NCBI RefSeq assembly: GCF_006345805.1
Contig: NW_021828382.1
Span: 1-8,443 of the forward strand
Direction of reading: 5' to 3'
Length of the DNA stretch: 8,443 nucleotides
Origin: Octopus sinensis
Taxonomy: Eukaryota
The notes under the pieces were generated by a model. The model was not told the DNA's origin. It saw only the letters and a list, made by a program, of their open reading frames with translations, and ran no database searches. Below, in pieces: positions 7,246 to 8,443 of this stretch. A program made the translations under genes and the position numbers. Numbering within the stretch: position 1 is the first letter of the stretch; the number at the start of each line of letters is the position of its first letter.

Positions 7246-7330
7246 TAGTTGCTCAAACAGGTAGAAATAACTGCCAAATCTAACTCAAACCAAACTCCAG
7301 TGTTTAGGCAAAAGGAACGAGATTGTTAGG
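7246..7330 (+). mobile_element. Decayed fragment of repeat family B (copy 3)
   Basis: ggtagaaataactgccaaat at 7260-7279. Boundaries are approximate. Confidence 0.45.
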
Positions 7331-7433
7331 TAGACGTTCCTTATCCAACCCACGTGCTTTCACGTTGAATCCAACAAGGAAGAACATTGGCCAATTGTCT
7401 GCAAATGACCTGTGGGACTGGATTTGATACACT

Positions 7434-7537
7434 TATGTATGTGTTTATGTGTGTATGTGTGTATGTATGTATGTATCAATCTATGTATGTATGTATGTAT
7501 GTATGTATGTATGTATGTATGTATGTATGTATGTATG

Positions 7538-7588
<51 letters not shown>

Positions 7589-7607
7589 ATGTATATATAT
7601 ATATATA
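7434..7607. repeat. Compound (TG)/(TATG)n-(TATC)n-(TA)n microsatellite
   Basis: Directly visible. It accounts for the ORFs at 7387-7708. Confidence 0.98.
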
Positions 7608-7830
7608 TTCTCTTTTTATTCTTTTATTTGTTTCAGTCATTTGACTGCGTCCATGCTGGAGCGCCACCTTTAGTCGAACAAAGCGACCCCATGACTTATT
7701 CTTTGTAAACCTAGTACTTATTCTATCGGCCAGTCTCTTTTACCGAACCGCTAATTGACGGGGGTGTAAACACACCAGCATCGGTTATCAAGCGATGTTG
7801 GGGGACAAACACAGACACACAAACATACAC

Positions 7831-7832
<2 letters not shown>
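7608..7832 (-). mobile_element. 3' half of SINE family A (best-preserved copy in the window)
   Basis: Shares the ccagcatgg...gactgaaac 3' block with 3617-3697 and 4268-4365. It has an A-rich end on the minus strand and runs into (CA)n. The 5' half is not found beyond the microsatellite. Confidence 0.85.
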
Positions 7833-7904
<72 letters not shown>

Positions 7905-7970
7905 ATATAAAATAAATATATATGCATATATACATACGTACATGTACATACTTATATATATATATATATA
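7833..7970. repeat. (CA)n followed by (TA)-rich microsatellite
   Basis: Directly visible. Confidence 0.97.
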
Positions 7971-8054
7971 AACAATTGCAGCTTTGGAAGGTGTTTGTAA
8001 GTCATTTAAGAGACACACAAAAACCGTTAGATTCACTTCAACATTTAAATTTAA

Positions 8055-8105
8055 TTTGTCAAAATATTTTCGTCGCTTTCAGACCGCGAACTGTTCACTG
8101 ACAAA
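8055..8105 (-). ncRNA. Minimal type I hammerhead ribozyme, G3-C8 core variant (candidate Penelope-like pLTR remnant)
   Basis: Minus strand reads TTTGTCA-GTGAACA-GTTCGC(ggtctgaaa)GCGAC-GAA-AATATT-T-TGACAAA. It has a perfect 7-bp stem I, a G-C-closed stem II, GAAA, a palindromic stem III and a UUU triplet. Confidence 0.7.
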
Positions 8106-8228
8106 ACTTCTTGCTGCCTCAAGTACATCTCCGCGATATATATATATATGTATGCATATGTGGACACAGGACGTCATGAAACGTGTACAACAACAACAAA
8201 AATACGAAGTATGGGTACATGGAATATG

Positions 8229-8300
8229 AACTATTTTTCGAACAACGAAAGACACAAATGGAAAACATAACAAACAACATAAAGAACGACCCTTCATCAG
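8229..8300 (-). other. Hammerhead core words (CTGATGA-A-GGG ... C-GAAA...TTC) without convincing helices; possible decayed ribozyme
   Basis: CTGATGA at 8294-8300 and CGAAA at 8236-8240 (minus), with a ~50-nt U-rich insert between them. Stem I does not pair. Confidence 0.25.
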
Positions 8301-8443
8301 TTGCTCGCTGTTTTTCTACTCTCGTATTTCGAGCATTTAACAACAATATACGCTTTAGATAAAAACATTTGCTGCCGCAAAGGAAATTAATAAGATGTTG
8401 GATTTTGCGGAGGTTTGGTAACACAAACAGGATATCTATCTAT

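Noticed and set aside
7984-8424. ORFs of 72-101 aa near the window end
   Set aside because: They overlap on both strands, cross a (TA)n tract and have no recognisable domain. No GIY-YIG or RT motif was found in them.

Overview
Repeat-saturated, non-genic eukaryotic DNA. The mix of tRNA-derived SINEs and (TA)/(CA)/(TACA)/(AAT)/(CAA) microsatellites looks like an octopus (coleoid cephalopod) genome. That assignment is from my recognition of the repeats and is not database-verified. No intact protein-coding gene is supported, and nearly every ORF in the supplied track is a microsatellite or antisense artefact. The only recognisable protein remnant is a 5'-truncated, frameshifted ORF2 of an L1-clade/Tx1-like LINE on the minus strand (about 1902-3612). 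The rest consists of two tRNA-headed SINEs, several pieces of one further SINE family, a ~600-bp element embedded in (AAT)n with a reiterated 17-nt terminus, a 180-bp inverted-repeat-bounded element and a TTAGGG-containing element. The best lead is a minimal type I hammerhead ribozyme fold at 8055-8105 (minus strand). Its core reads GUGAACA, a compensatory G3-C8 swap of the canonical C3-G8 pair, and it has a palindromic stem III of the Penelope-like-element type. Two more decayed hammerhead-like motifs lie at 617-661 (+) and 8229-8300 (-).
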